Of a stretch of DNA of 64,000 nt, positions 1 to 11,742 are shown piece by piece; the stretch's first letter is position 1, and every line of letters begins with the position of its first letter. This DNA is from Octopus vulgaris. Taxonomy: Eukaryota. A program made the position numbers and the translations under genes. The notes below the pieces were generated by a model. That model made no database searches and was not told where the DNA came from. It saw only the letters and a program-made list of their open reading frames with translations. The stretch lies in NCBI GenBank assembly GCA_951406725.2, contig OX597833.1:62000001-62064000 (forward strand), read 5' to 3'.

Positions 1-10
1 GGATTTAAGG

Positions 11-234
11 AACCCTTTAGTGTTCAGATTATTCTACCAAACATAATGCTTGTTGATTCCCATTGATTTGAATTAATCATGCATTATCTCATATCTTCAA
101 GATCTTGATGGTGTAATTACTTCATGTAGAATAACATTGTAGGGTAGGTGTGAGAGCCTGGATCTGGTCAGTTTGAACATAAAACAGATTAAATATCTTG
201 GCCGGATATGGCCGGTTTAAATACTAAAGGGTTA
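11..234. mobile_element. piggyBac-like MITE (related copies near 20320-20483, 27130-27360, 35819-36263)
   Basis: Ends aaCCCTTTAGT...ACTAAAGGGttaa with a TTAA-type flank; shared internal sequence between copies. Confidence 0.55.
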
Positions 235-804
235 AGGCAGTGAACTGACAGAATTCTTACTGTGCCAGAGAAAATGCTTCATGGCATTTCTTCAGCTCAA
301 AGTTCAAATTCCACCAAGGTTGATTTTGTTTTACATCCTTTCGGGGGTCATTAGAATAAGTACCAGCTGAACTCTGACGTTGATGTAATCAACTAACCCT
401 CCCCACTCAAAATATTTTAGGGCCTTTTGCCTTTTGTAGAAAGAATTATTTATTTTCATTATCATTATCAGCGCATTTGCTCGACTAAAAGGTGGTGCTC
501 CAGCATGGCCACAGTCAAATGACTGAAACAAGTAAAAGAGTAAAGAGAGCATTGAGGATGGTTAGATTGGCAGAGTCGTTAAAGCATTGAGCAGAATACC
601 TTGTGGTATTGGTTCCGGTTCATTACATTCATGCCTAGGTAAACTTTACTTTTCATCTGTCTGAAGCTCACAAAATATAGTACCAGTCATGTACTGGGAC
701 CAGTGTAACTGAGCAACACCCCACACTTCTAGATGGTTAGCTTGGTCCCTAACTTGAAGTAATTAGCAATTTGAAGATGGGGAGCTGGTAGAATCATTAG
801 CATG

Positions 805-1177
805 AGGCGCAGGAGTGGCTGTGTGGTAAGTAGCTTGCTTACCAACCACACCTTGGGCAAGTGTCTTCTACTATAGCCTCGGGCCGACCAAAGCCTTGTG
901 AGTGGATTTGGTAGACGGAAACTGAAAAGAAGCCCGTCGTATATATGTATATATATATATATATATATGCATTTGTGTGTCTGTGTTTGTCCCCCCAACA
1001 TCACTTGACAACCAATGCTGGTGTATTTATGTCCCCTGTTACTTAGCGGTTCGGCAAAAGAGACCGATAGAATAAGTACTGGGCTTACAAAAGAATAAGT
1101 CCCGGGGTCGAGTTGCTCGATTAAAGGCGGTGCTCCAGCATGGCCGCAGTCAAATGATTGAAACAAGTAAAAGAGAG
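805..1177 (+). mobile_element. tRNA-derived SINE family A (other + copies: about 12215-12612, 17925-18340, 19916-20318, 29253-29650, 40722-41104, 45355-45777, 47663-48098)
   Basis: A-box-like TGGCTGTGTGG, B-box-like GGTTCAGTCCC in full copies, central (TA/TG)n, tail GACTGAAACAAGTAAAAGAG; many near-identical copies. Confidence 0.85.
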
Positions 1178-1392
1178 AGTATGTGGATGAAATGCTGCTA
1201 AGCATTTTTGTCTGACTCAATGATCTGAGTTCAAACTCTGCCGAGATCAACTTTACCTTTCATCCATTTCTAAGTACCAGTGGTGTACTGGTTTTGACAT
1301 AATCAACTTCTCCCTCTCCTCAAAAACTGCTGGCCCCGTGCCAAAATTTGAGACTATTATTATTATTATTATTACTATTATAGGATATTATT

Positions 1393-1915
1393 TACCTTAG
1401 ATCATCAGGTGACCTGCTGCACTTGAGGAAACCTATTGAGTCAAGTACATCAGCATCAAAATAAAAATCAAATGGAAATTGTAGTTGTGATACCCATGCT
1501 GGTGGCACGTAAAAAGCACCATCCGAACGTGGCCGATGCCAGCCTCTTCTGGCCCCTGTGCCGGTGGCATGTAAAAAGCACCAGCCAAACATGGCCAATG
1601 CCAGCCTCCTCTGGCCCCTGTGCCGGTGGCATGTAAAAAGCACCATCCGAACGTGGCCGATGCCAGCCTCCTCTGGCCCCTGTGCCGGTGGCATGTAAAA
1701 AGCACCATCCGAACGTGGCCGATGCCAGCCTCCTCTGGCCCCTGTGCCAGTGGCATGTAAAAAGCACCATCCAAACGTGGCCAATGCCAGCCTCCTCTGG
1801 CCCCTGTGCCGGTGGCATGTAAAAACCACCCACTACACTCTTGCAGTGGTTGGCGTTAGGAAGGGCATCCAGCTGTAGAAACACTGCCAGATCAGACTGG
1901 AGCCTGGTGCAGTCT
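1393..1915 (+). mobile_element. Non-autonomous repeat with LINE-like tail and internal 60-bp tandem array (related: 13050-13670, 17050-17500, 36530-36860, 46573-47060, 48135-48430, 48722-49400)
   Basis: About 5.5 copies of a 60-bp unit at 1500-1830 next to GGTTGGCGTTAGGAAGGGCATCCAGC; other copies end in (GAT)n. Confidence 0.75.
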
Positions 1916-2557
1916 AGTAATCAACTGGACCCCTACATCAAAATTTCAGGCCTTATGCCTATAGTAAAAGGATTATTATTATTATTATTATTATTTTAAT
2001 CATCATCATCATCCCCTTCAGTATGGTGGACTGGCAGAATTGTTTGAGGGTCTGATGAAATAACATGCGGCTTTTGTTCCAGTTTTTTTTTTTTATTCTG
2101 AGCTTAACCCCAGCCAAGGTTAACTTTACTTTTAATCCCTTTGGGATGGGGAGGGGTTCGCTAAAATAGGTACCAATCAAATACAAGGGTTAATATAATC
2201 AACTAACCCCTTAAAAATCCATATTAGAAGCAGTTATTTTGGGGCTGTGGACAGATGAAAATGGTAGGCCATTGGCCTGAAGCCCCTTGCAATATTCAGT
2301 TCTTTCCCTTTATATCCTGAGTTCAAATCTTACCATGAAAAACTTTGTCCTTTCTGGGCCGGGGGCATTTAATAAATAAAGTGCCAGTGAAGCACTAAAG
2401 GTTGATATATTTTTACTGTTCTCTCTCACTCTCTCTCCCCCTTGGTAAAGTTCCTGGTTTTATGCTAACATTAAAACTCATTATCATCATTATTAAGGCA
2501 GTAAAGTGGCAGAATCGTTAGCATGCCAAGCAAAATAATTAGCAGTATTTTGTCCAT

Positions 2558-2780
2558 CTGGCAGAAACGTTAGCACACTGGGTGAAAGGCTTTGCGGTAT
2601 TTCATCTGCCGTTCGGTTCTGAGTTCAAATTCCGCCGAGGTCGACTTTGCCTTTCATCCTTTCGGGGTCGATAAATTAAGTACCAGTTACGCACTGGGGT
2701 CGATGTAATTGACTTAATCCATTTGTCTGTCCTTGTTTGTCCCCTCTGTGTTTAGCCCCTTGTGGGTAGTAAAGAAATAA
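2558..2780 (+). mobile_element. SINE family B with a Meta-domain-like core (others: about 9683-10152 -, 23540-23770 -, 24722-25172 + tandem, 33953-34180 -, 34257-34672 +, 38983-39218 +, 52535-52763 -; many degenerate copies 240-4050)
   Basis: GAGTTCAAATTCC B-box followed by GTCGACTTTGCCTTTCATCCTTTCGGGGTCGATAAATTAAGTACCAG. Confidence 0.8.
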
Positions 2781-5014
2781 GTATTTTGTCCATCTGCATG
2801 TACTGAGTTCAAATTCTACCAAGGTCAACTTTGCCGTTCATCATTTCAGGGTCGGTAAGATAAGTACCAGCGGAATACTGGGGTTGACATAATCAACTCT
2901 TTGATCCCACCTCACCCCGCACCAGGATTTCTGCCCTTATGCAAAAATTTGAAACCATAAGTATTATTATTATTATTATTATTAAAAAAACAGCAAGCAG
3001 GCAGAATTGTTTGTGTGCCGGACAACATGCTTAGCTCATTTCTCCCAGCCTTACATTCTCGGTTCAAGTCATGCCTTGGTCAACTTTGCCTTTAATTTTT
3101 TTAGTAGGGGTCAATGAAATATAGTGCCAATCAAATACTAGGATCCCTGTAATCGGCTATCCTCCTCTTGCTGGCCCTGTGCTGAAATTTAAACTATCAA
3201 GGCAGCTGGCAGCATTGTTAACACACTGGACAAAATAATAGTATTTTGTTTCTGCCTTCACAGTTCAAATGCTGCCAAGATCAATTGTGGATTTTGTCCT
3301 TTGGTGGCGGGGGTTCAATAAAATAGTGCCAGTTGAACACTGAGGATTTGGGTGTTGTAATTGGCTAGCCCTCCTTTCCAAATTTCAGCTCTTATGCTCA
3401 TAATAGAAAGAATTATTATTAAGGTGGTAAGCTGAGGGAATCATTAGCTCGTTGGACAAAATGCTAAGCATTTCTTCTGGGGTTTTTTATGTTCTGAGGT
3501 CTGCTTTACCTGTCATCGTCTCGGGGTTTATGAAACGAAGTGCTGGTAAAGCACTGGGGTTGATGTAATTGATTAGACCCCTCCCTGACAAAATTTCAGG
3601 TCTTGTGCTTGAAGTAAAAAGAATTCTTATTAAGGTGGTGATCTAACAGAATCCTCAGCATGGAAGGTGAACTGCTCAGCAGCCTTTTTTCTGGCTTTTT
3701 GGCTGTGTGATTAAGAAACTTGCTTTTCAGTCATGTGGTCTTGGGTTCAGTCCCACTGTGTGACACCTTGGGTATGAGTTTTCTGCAGTAGGCTTGGTCC
3801 ACCCAAAACTTTGTGGGTGGATTTGGTAGGCAGGAACTGAAAGAAGCCCTTGGTGCCCCAGCATGGCCGGAGCCTTCGGGCTAAAACATTTTTAAGGATT
3901 TATACTGTGTTCAGATACCACCAAGGTTGACTCTGCCTTTCATCCTTCCTGAGTCAATAAAATAAAATACCAGTCATATACTGGCCATAATGTAATCAAC
4001 TACCCTACCCCCTCTCCCCTAAAAATTGCTGGCTTTGTGCCAAAATTAGAATTATTTTTGTTACAGGCATCCCCTGTTTTGTGGAAGTGTGCATTCATGA
4101 AAAATCTTGCATGGAGTTCTCCAATATGAAATGCATTTTCGCTTTGATTTTCTTTGGAAAATTGGCAACCAAATAAAGGAATTAAAATTCACAAGACAAA
4201 AACTCCATGTTGACACAAGATTTTTCTTAAGGGCACAATAATTTATTCCATAAAATGGCTCTTTCTCAGAACATGGATGTATCTTTTTTACTGTGTCGCA
4301 AGTAAATATATTTTCCCATTACCTGATAATATATTTATAATTCTAATTGTACATAATATTTTTCTGCTAGTTCTACTGCTGTTCCATGATATATATTTAA
4401 TAATCTGCAGAAGAGACCAAATCATTTCGATGCTTGTTCCACTGCTGCCATTTATTCATAAACCTTTAGCACATTGTAAGTGCATCACGTCACTATATGA
4501 GTTTTCTCCCTTGTAGTAACAGCAGTGGTAGGGGAAACAATTCTAGAGAAAATGCAGTGTGCTAACGGTTAATATACGAAGAGACCAATTAGCTTTGATC
4601 ATCTTTAACGAGGAAGATCATCTGAATTTTTTTTTTTTTCTATTTTGTGTCCTAAGAAAATTTTACTGTTTTTTTTATTAATTAATTAATCTCATCTTTA
4701 GATAAGGTTAATTAAGTCCGAAATTATAATTTATATTAATGATTTGTCTCAAATATTTAGAAATTTAATTTTTCTTTAAAATTCTTTTTAATGCAAATAA
4801 CAATGTAAAAAATTGTAAAATAAAATTTCCATCATTAAATTGTAATGTTTTTTTTGTCTTTTTTTTGTGAATAGTAACCTTAAATGTTTGTTGTATTCTG
4901 ACATTAGAAGCTGATAGGCAATTTGAGACCAAAAAAAACCCAAAGGGTTTTGGACACGTGTGTATGTGCCTATGTATATATACTCTTTTTGCTTTGTAAA
5001 TATGTCTATACATG

Positions 5015-5396
5015 TCTTTTACTTGTTTCAGTCATTTGACTGCGGCCATGCTGGAGCACCGCATTTAATCGAGCAACTCGACCCCGGGACTTATTCTTTT
5101 GTAAGCCCAGTACTTATTCTATCGGTCTCTTTTGCCGAACCGCTAAGTAACGGGGACGTAAACACACCAGTATCGGCTGTCAAGCAATGCTAGGGGGACA
5201 AACACAGACACGCACACACACACACACATATATATACAACGGGCTTCTTTTCAGTTTCCGTCTACCAAATCCACTCACAAGTCTTTGGTTGGCCCGAGTC
5301 TATAGTAGAAGACACTTGCCCAAGGTGCCACGCAGTGGGACTGAACCCGGAACCATGTGGTTGGTAAACAAGCTACTTACCACACAGCCGCTCCTT
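5015..5396 (-). mobile_element. SINE family A, minus copy (others: about 32560-32958, 38015-38409, 45935-46328, 56226-56562, 61492-61828)
   Basis: Reverse complement of the same consensus. Confidence 0.85.
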
Positions 5397-5756
5397 TATA
5401 TATGTGTGTATGTGAATCCATAATCATGCTGAATGCGAATGTATTATGTATGCATGTGTGTGTGTAAATATTATATATTTGTGTGTGTGTGTATGAGTTC
5501 AGAGGGGTATATTATCTGGGCGTGTACCCTGATGGTTCTCAATTAAATTCCAAAGGCATAGCAAAATATTATTTTACCAAAGCCAAAAGATATTCACAAA
5601 CTGTTACTCAGAGTTGCACATGACTGGTCGTCAGATAGTTGTGATTATCATAAGTGTCTGATGAAACTGACTAACAATTATTTACATTGGACAGATAGGT
5701 GCCACCCCCTCAAAATAAGGGTAGATAAGAAAGTTCGTTTTCGGCACTTGATGCTT

Positions 5757-6104
5757 TGGGAACCAGGCAAAAATTGCTGAAGCTCGGCTGGGAAGTGTTA
5801 CCCCACCCGCCATATTCACCAGATATTGCTCCTTCGGATTTCCACTTATTCAGGTCTCTGCAGAATAGTCTTAATGGTAAAAATTTCAATTCCTTGGATG
5901 ACGTAAAAAAGATACCTTGATGAATTCTTTGCCATGAAACCACCTCAATTCTGGGAAGAGGGTATTTTCAAGTTAAAGGAAAGATGGAGATGCATTGTGC
6001 AACAAAATGGTTTGTATTTGGTTGATTAAAAACGTAAAGGTAAATATTTATTGACCTTTTTCTTTCCTTTAAAAATTGGCATGAACTTTCCAGATAACCC
6101 AATA
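5757..6104 (+). mobile_element. Mariner transposase C-terminal relic with right TIR
   Basis: Reads [35 protein letters not shown].../...FWEEGIFKLKERWRCIVQQNG with one frameshift; ends ...GATAACCCAATA-TA. Confidence 0.92.
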
Positions 6105-6246
6105 TATATACACAACATTCACATACATATATACACATACACACACATATACATATATGCACACACATACATATCTCTTTTGCTTTTACTTGTTTCAGTC
6201 ATTGGACAGTGACCATGCTGGAGCACTACCTTTAAGGCCTTAGTCC

Positions 6247-6496
6247 AATGATTCCCAAATTTTTCAGGCTGCAAATCCCTTAGCCCCTGGGCCACATTCC
6301 TAGCACACACCCTCACAAACATAGATCACTTTCTGCAGCAAATTCAAAACTGTATTTCATAAATAAAACTTAATCCATTATTTGCGGGGTGGGGTGGGGG
6401 TTTACATCCACGGCCCTCTTTTGGCAATCCCCTTATTGTCCCAGTTTTCTTCAATGCCTTCCAGCAGGGCAGTACTGCCCACTTTAGGAACCACTG
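6247..6496. mobile_element. Degenerate hAT-like MITE
   Basis: CAATGATTCCCAAA...TTTAGGAACCACTG termini; imperfect 8-bp flanks ccttagtc/gttttgtc. Confidence 0.4.
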
Positions 6497-6892
6497 GTTT
6501 TGTCAAACAAATCAACCCCAGTTGTCAAGTTGTAAATTGTTGGTGGGGGACAAAGACACACACACACAGCGGGGCTGAATGCAAAAATACATGGTTACAA
6601 GGTGAACTGCTCCACCACACAGCTATGCGTGCATCCACAGTAACAAATAATAACAATAATCCTTTTTTCTACAGGCACAAGGCCTGAAATTTTGAGGGGA
6701 GGGAACTAATCAATTACATCGACCCCAGTGTGTAACTGGTACTTAATTTATCGACCCTGAAAGAATGAAAGGCAAAGTCGAGCTCAGCGGAATTTGAACT
6801 CAGAACATGAAGACAGACAAAAAATAATAATAATAATAATAATAACATTTTATAAATAATGATGTAACTCTTCACAAAGGTAAATAGATAAG

Positions 6893-8591
6893 AAGAGCAT
6901 GATGTGATTGCAATAGATTGGTTATTGAACAGTTTGAATGATATTTTGACAGCTCACCTATCTTTTTCAAAATCAAAATGTAAAATGAAAACAACTGCAG
7001 AAATACAGAAATTCGAAAATATAAACAAGGAAATTCTGTGTTCCTATTTTGATAGAATGACATCATCAGTTTTCAGTTTTGTAACTGGTAAAAGGCAAAA
7101 GAAAAACGAAAAGGAAAAATATTTAGTCAAACCGTTTTGTGTAAATGTGATGAAATTCACCTGTCATTTTATTCATTCCTCCAAGGCATGATCTTAGTAA
7201 TTCACAAATATATTTGTCCTCATGCATTTTGAAAACTGAAAGTGTAGTTGATTCAGAATGTTTTCCGAGAATGTGTACTTATAGGTGTTCCTCAAAATGC
7301 AGCCATTTGATGTAAAATGTTTGATAAGATCTGTCAAACTACTGCTTATATGACTGATGTCATACCTGTGCAGATCAAATCTTTTGTTTAATTGTTCTGT
7401 CATACAACCAATGTAAACCAAGCTGTGTCTGGTACATTCTTCTGTGTACACCAAACGGGAATCTTTACACATCCTACCTTCCATATAAATCCTAACATTT
7501 CTGTTATGATTCAAGATGAAGGCTTACCTCTCTGGCAGCTGTTTTTCAAGGTGCAGCGTTCAGAAACTCCAATGTTAGTTTTTTTGGAGTCAGAAATAGT
7601 CGTTTAATATTTCTCTTATATTTTTATTCTGTCTAAAGGCTACAATAGTCAGCTGAGGGAATATTTGTTTGAAAAAAGGGTATTTTTCTGCAATATGCTG
7701 GTAACTTTCACATAACACTTTTGAAATGCCAAAGAAAATTTCTACTCCTTTTGCTACAGGGAGTAGAAAGCCATCTGGTCACTCAGAAATTTTGGCTGTA
7801 CAACAATCATATCTGTTGCAAACTGGGTGCATTGGAAGAAATTTTCCAAACTTTTTGCACATTTTGGAGAGACCATAAAATACAAAATTTTGTGTACACC
7901 AAAAGGGAATCTGTACACATCCCAGCTATATAAAGGCTTACCTCACTTGTGGCTGTTTTTCAAGGTGCAGTGTTCAGAAACTCCAATGTTAGTTTTCTTG
8001 GAGTCAGAAATAGTCGTTTAATATTCCTCTTATATTTTTATTCCGTCTAAAGGCTACAATAGTCAGCTGAGGGAATATTTGTTTGAAACAAGTGTATCTT
8101 TCTGCAATATGCTGGTAACTTTCACATAACACTTTTGAAATGCCAAAGAAAATTTCTACTCCTTTTGCTACAGGGAGTAGAAAGCCATCTGGTCACTCCG
8201 AAATTTTGGCTGTACAACATTCATATCTGTTGCAAACTGGGCGCATTGGAGGAAATTTTCCCAACTTTTTGCACATTTTGGAGAGACCATAAAATACAGG
8301 TGTTCTTTGTGCTGACAATAAAATCCTGGATTCAGTCATATTTATGAAATTGTTTTCCTCAATTTCCAGAATTATTTTATCAAGTTCCCTTTTACCAGTT
8401 ACAAAATTGAAAACTGATGATGTCATTCTATTAAAATAGGAACACAGGATTTCCTCGTTTATGTCTTTGAATTTCTGTGTTTCTGCAGTGGCTTTCATTT
8501 TACATTTTGAACTTGAAAAAGACAGACAAGCTGCCCCAATATCATTCAAACCGTTAAATAAACAATCTATAACAATCACTTTGAGCTCTTC
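6893..8591 (-). mobile_element. Decayed Penelope-like element with inverted terminal arms and internal 414-bp tandem duplication
   Basis: Minus-strand VYTEECTRHSLVYIGCMTEQLNKRFDLHRYDI (GIY-YIG-like) and IVAFRRNKNIREIL; arms 6893-7095 and 8388-8591 are inverted; units start near 7520 and 7934. Confidence 0.7.
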
Positions 8592-8614
8592 TTAATAATA
8601 ATAATAATAATAAC

Positions 8615-8642
<28 letters not shown>

Positions 8643-8645
<3 letters not shown>

Positions 8646-8874
8646 TCAATAATTATCGCTAAGCTAATATGGCAGTCCAGAAATATAGGACGAATGCTGC
8701 CGTTGATTAGCTCCATGAGGCCATCGCTTCTAACTAGCTATGTGACACACAAACCTGTGGAGGTTCATGTGTCACATAGCTAGCCAGAGGCAATGGCCTC
8801 TTGGAGCTAATCAACGGCAGCATTCGTCCTATATTTCCGGACTGCCATATTAGCTTGGCGATAACTATTAATAT
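8643..8874. repeat. Long hairpin: 114-bp arms, 4-nt loop
   Basis: 8643-8756 is the reverse complement of 8761-8874 with about 11 substitutions and no indels. Confidence 0.95.
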
Positions 8875-9272
8875 CCAGTACCGCTGCCGTAGTCTCCTTT
8901 AGAGAGACTTAGAAATAATAATATTTCTATGATAATAATAATAATAAACTGACACTAATTTTTCTATAGCAGCCAGTCTAGCTTTAATAGTTGGAAAATA
9001 TACAGGGTTAGGCCATTAAAACTGGGACAGAATCAGTGTTTCATTAAAGACAAGAGACTTTTGCCTAGAGACAATGCAACATTGTGAATAAGTGTTTGTT
9101 TTTCTTTTTGTGTTTTCTTTTTTTTTTTTTGGTAAAAGGGGGTGGAATAGTTTTTATTTTCTGTTTATTGGAGAAGGGAGGGGGTAAAGTGAGGATTGGT
9201 TTGTTTTGTTTTTTAATTTTTGTTTTTTTTTCTTTTTGACTTTTTTTTCCCCCCCACAAGACAAGCGTTCTT

Positions 9273-9429
9273 TCATAACACTAAGACATCGGTGTCGTTT
9301 ATTCCAGGAATAAGAGAGGCACGACACAGACCCCAGAACTTTTGCGGAGAGAGTTTGCGTTTAGCAGCCGTGAAACGCCAGCCCATGTGTGAACCACACT
9401 GACTGCAGTTGATTATCGTCCAAGCATAT
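9273..9429 (-). CDS. CRBN: Cereblon last coding exon 9 ([19 protein letters not shown]...[21 protein letters not shown])
   Basis: YAWT, CxxC, HxGWxF and FWGL motifs of the thalidomide-binding domain; acceptor ttcttttgcAG; TGA at 9275-9273. Confidence 0.97.
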
Positions 9430-9744
9430 CTGCAAAAGAACAACACAAAGATATATAAAAAAACAGAAAAAAGAGGCAAAAAACAAAAGGCCAACTTTTC
9501 CAAGTGGTTAGTCATGGCCTGGGCTAATTCTGGCTGAAACTTAAGTATCTAATTATGACAATGGAATAACAATGTATGAAAATAACGAAGGAATCTATGT
9601 GACATCATCACCATCATCATTTGATGTCCATTTTCTATGCTATCTAAGTATGATGATAGAATACCAATGTATGAATATATATATTTCTTTACTACCCATA
9701 AGGGGCTAAACACAGAGGGGACAAACAAGGACAGACAAAGGGAT

Positions 9745-9982
9745 TAGTTAGTTAGTTAGTTAGTTAATTTGGCTCAAAAGCAAATAGCAAGGCCATGTAG
9801 GGGGACATGGAGTTAAGTACAGGGTGGTGTTCATGTAAAGAGTTCAGGCCACTTGAGGTCAAGGGAGGCTTTGAACAAAGCGGTCGTCGGCATCTTCACC
9901 ATCTCGTCTGGCAGCTTGTTCCACGGATCCGCAACCCGGACGGAGAAAGCTCCTCTCCTTCGATTGAGATGAAATCGTTGCA
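9745..9982 (-). mobile_element. CR1-like LINE 3' end with (TAAC)n tail, inserted in a family B SINE
   Basis: RRGAFSVRVADPWNKLPDEMV...FKASLD motif; SINE sequence resumes on both sides. Confidence 0.75.
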
Positions 9983-10192
9983 GGTAAGTCGATTACATCG
10001 ACCCCAGTGCGTAACTGGTACTTAATTTATCAACCCCAAAAGGATGAAAGGCAAAGTCGACCTCGGCGGAATTTGAACTCGAAACGTAAGGACAGATGAA
10101 ATACCGCTAAGCATTTCGCCCGGCGTGCTAACGTTTCTGCCAGCTCGCCGCCATTATGTATGAATATAACAAACGAATCTATCTGACATCAC

Positions 10193-10225
<33 letters not shown>

Positions 10226-10370
10226 TTAACATCCATTTTCCATGCTGGTATGGGTTGAATGGTTCAACAGGAGCTCGCAAGCCAGAGAACCCCAGCAAAC
10301 TCCATTTGTCTGTTTTGGCACGGGTTTTATGGCTAGATGCCCTTCCCAACACCAACCGCTTTATAGAATG

Positions 10371-10851
10371 TGTAGTGAAGTCATTTTCCAGTGTGCGCAC
10401 ACGTAATGTCATTCTTCAGTGTGCGTGTGCGGGGCTGGAACCTTCTGGAAAGGCCTAAGGAAGTTCCCTCATGCACATGCGCAAGAGACTGGGGAAGAAA
10501 ATTCTATCGCATTCCTTCTTAGCGTCGTGGACTTGAGACACGGCTATTGAAGAGAAAGGACGTGTTAAACATATTATCAGCCTATTCTCCTGTCCAAGAC
10601 GCTTAGGATTTGACCTGCTCTGTTGCTGCTGAATTTGTTGTGAGGTTTAGCTTACAAATGTTAAAATTCAGCCTTGCTATATCGAACCAAGTGGATACCA
10701 AAAACCAACGTACTTCTTTTGTAAATAAGAAATAAAGAGATATATATATTTTTAAGATTGCGTTCTAATTCCTGACTTGTAGTTTCTGGAAACCAAAGAA
10801 AAGAAATTGGTTGCACCCAAACAGTGTAAAGAATCAACCAGTTCCATTACA
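10371..10851 (+). mobile_element. Solo LTR (481 bp)
   Basis: TGTAGTGAA...TCCATTACA termini, 4-bp TSD AATG on both sides, AATAAA at 10731; splits a host repeat. Confidence 0.75.
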
Positions 10852-10971
10852 AATGTACTAGATGCTTTTACGCAGCACTGGCATGGGTGCTTTTATGCAG
10901 TACCCAATAGCACTGTTCACTGATGTGTTCTTAGTTTAAAAAAAGGCAAAAAGAGAAACTAAATACATTAC

Positions 10972-11165
10972 CCAGGGAACCAGCTGTTTTCAGTTGAGGG
11001 TTGTCCAATGAGAGTAAGTCCTTTTGCTTTATGTACAGTAACTGTCTCGTGCACGTGACCTCCGGGATTGACGTACGCTGCCAGCGGCCCTTCCAGTGAC
11101 ATGCTGAATACGTCACTCTTGTTTGCCACTTCCAAGTCACACTTGCGGCAACAAAGGATTGAACA
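10972..11165 (-). CDS. CRBN: Cereblon exon 8 (CSILCCRKC...[16 protein letters not shown]...[10 protein letters not shown]), CULT domain
   Basis: CxxC, YVNP, VHET and SWFPG motifs; acceptor tgtttgttgtAG, donor GG|GTAATG; 194 nt. Confidence 0.97.
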
Positions 11166-11349
11166 CTACAACAAACAACAACAACAAGAAAAACATCAAC
11201 AAAGACACTGAGATTGTTTTGTTTTTGATTTTTTTTTATATGAAAAGATGTGAATTGTGTGGTAAGAAGTTTGCTTCCCAACCATACGGTTCCGAGTTAC
11301 CTCCCTTAGAGTGACATAAAAGGTAGATAGGAACATACTATTGTATAAA

Positions 11350-11742
11350 TCTCTCTCTATATAAAGCTGAAGTTGTCTGTGTATGGCAGGTTTGGTAGCC
11401 TTCAACTAACACTATCTCCTCGGAGACCCTGCGGCGCAAGTTGACCAAAATTGAGAGTATGATAGAAGAAAGCTTGCTCTTCCTTCCGTAGAAGAAAAAA
11501 TTCAAATTGGACCATGTTAACACCAAAAATTATTTACATCAAAAAGGTGCTTCTTTTCAATGAAAATCCCTATTTTTTACGATTTTTTTGACAGCTGTGT
11601 CACCATTTTTCGGTGTATTTCAACCAGAAAAATGTTCAATTAAAGAGAATAACAAGCTACATAATGCAAAATTTTTACTTTTCAAAAATTCCAATTCTAA
11701 AGGGTCGAAACAAACCTGAACAACGCCGGGTGATACTGCTAG
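11350..11742 (+). mobile_element. Non-autonomous Helitron-like element
   Basis: A|TC...CTAG|T boundaries with a GC-rich subterminal motif CAACGCCGGG; the same 3' end occurs at 63808 on the minus strand. Confidence 0.65.

Noticed and set aside
729-1250. Recurrent ORFs such as [16 protein letters not shown] and [22 protein letters not shown]
   Set aside because: Translations of SINE family A copies, not a gene family
1392-1884. Overlapping repetitive ORFs (also 48777-49419, 17017-17538)
   Set aside because: Produced by the stop-free 60-bp tandem unit of a dispersed repeat, open in several frames
4080-4920. Unique AT-rich segment as a possible second gene or distal CRBN 3' end
   Set aside because: No recognisable coding signal; AATAAA hexamers are expected by chance here, so it cannot be assigned without transcripts
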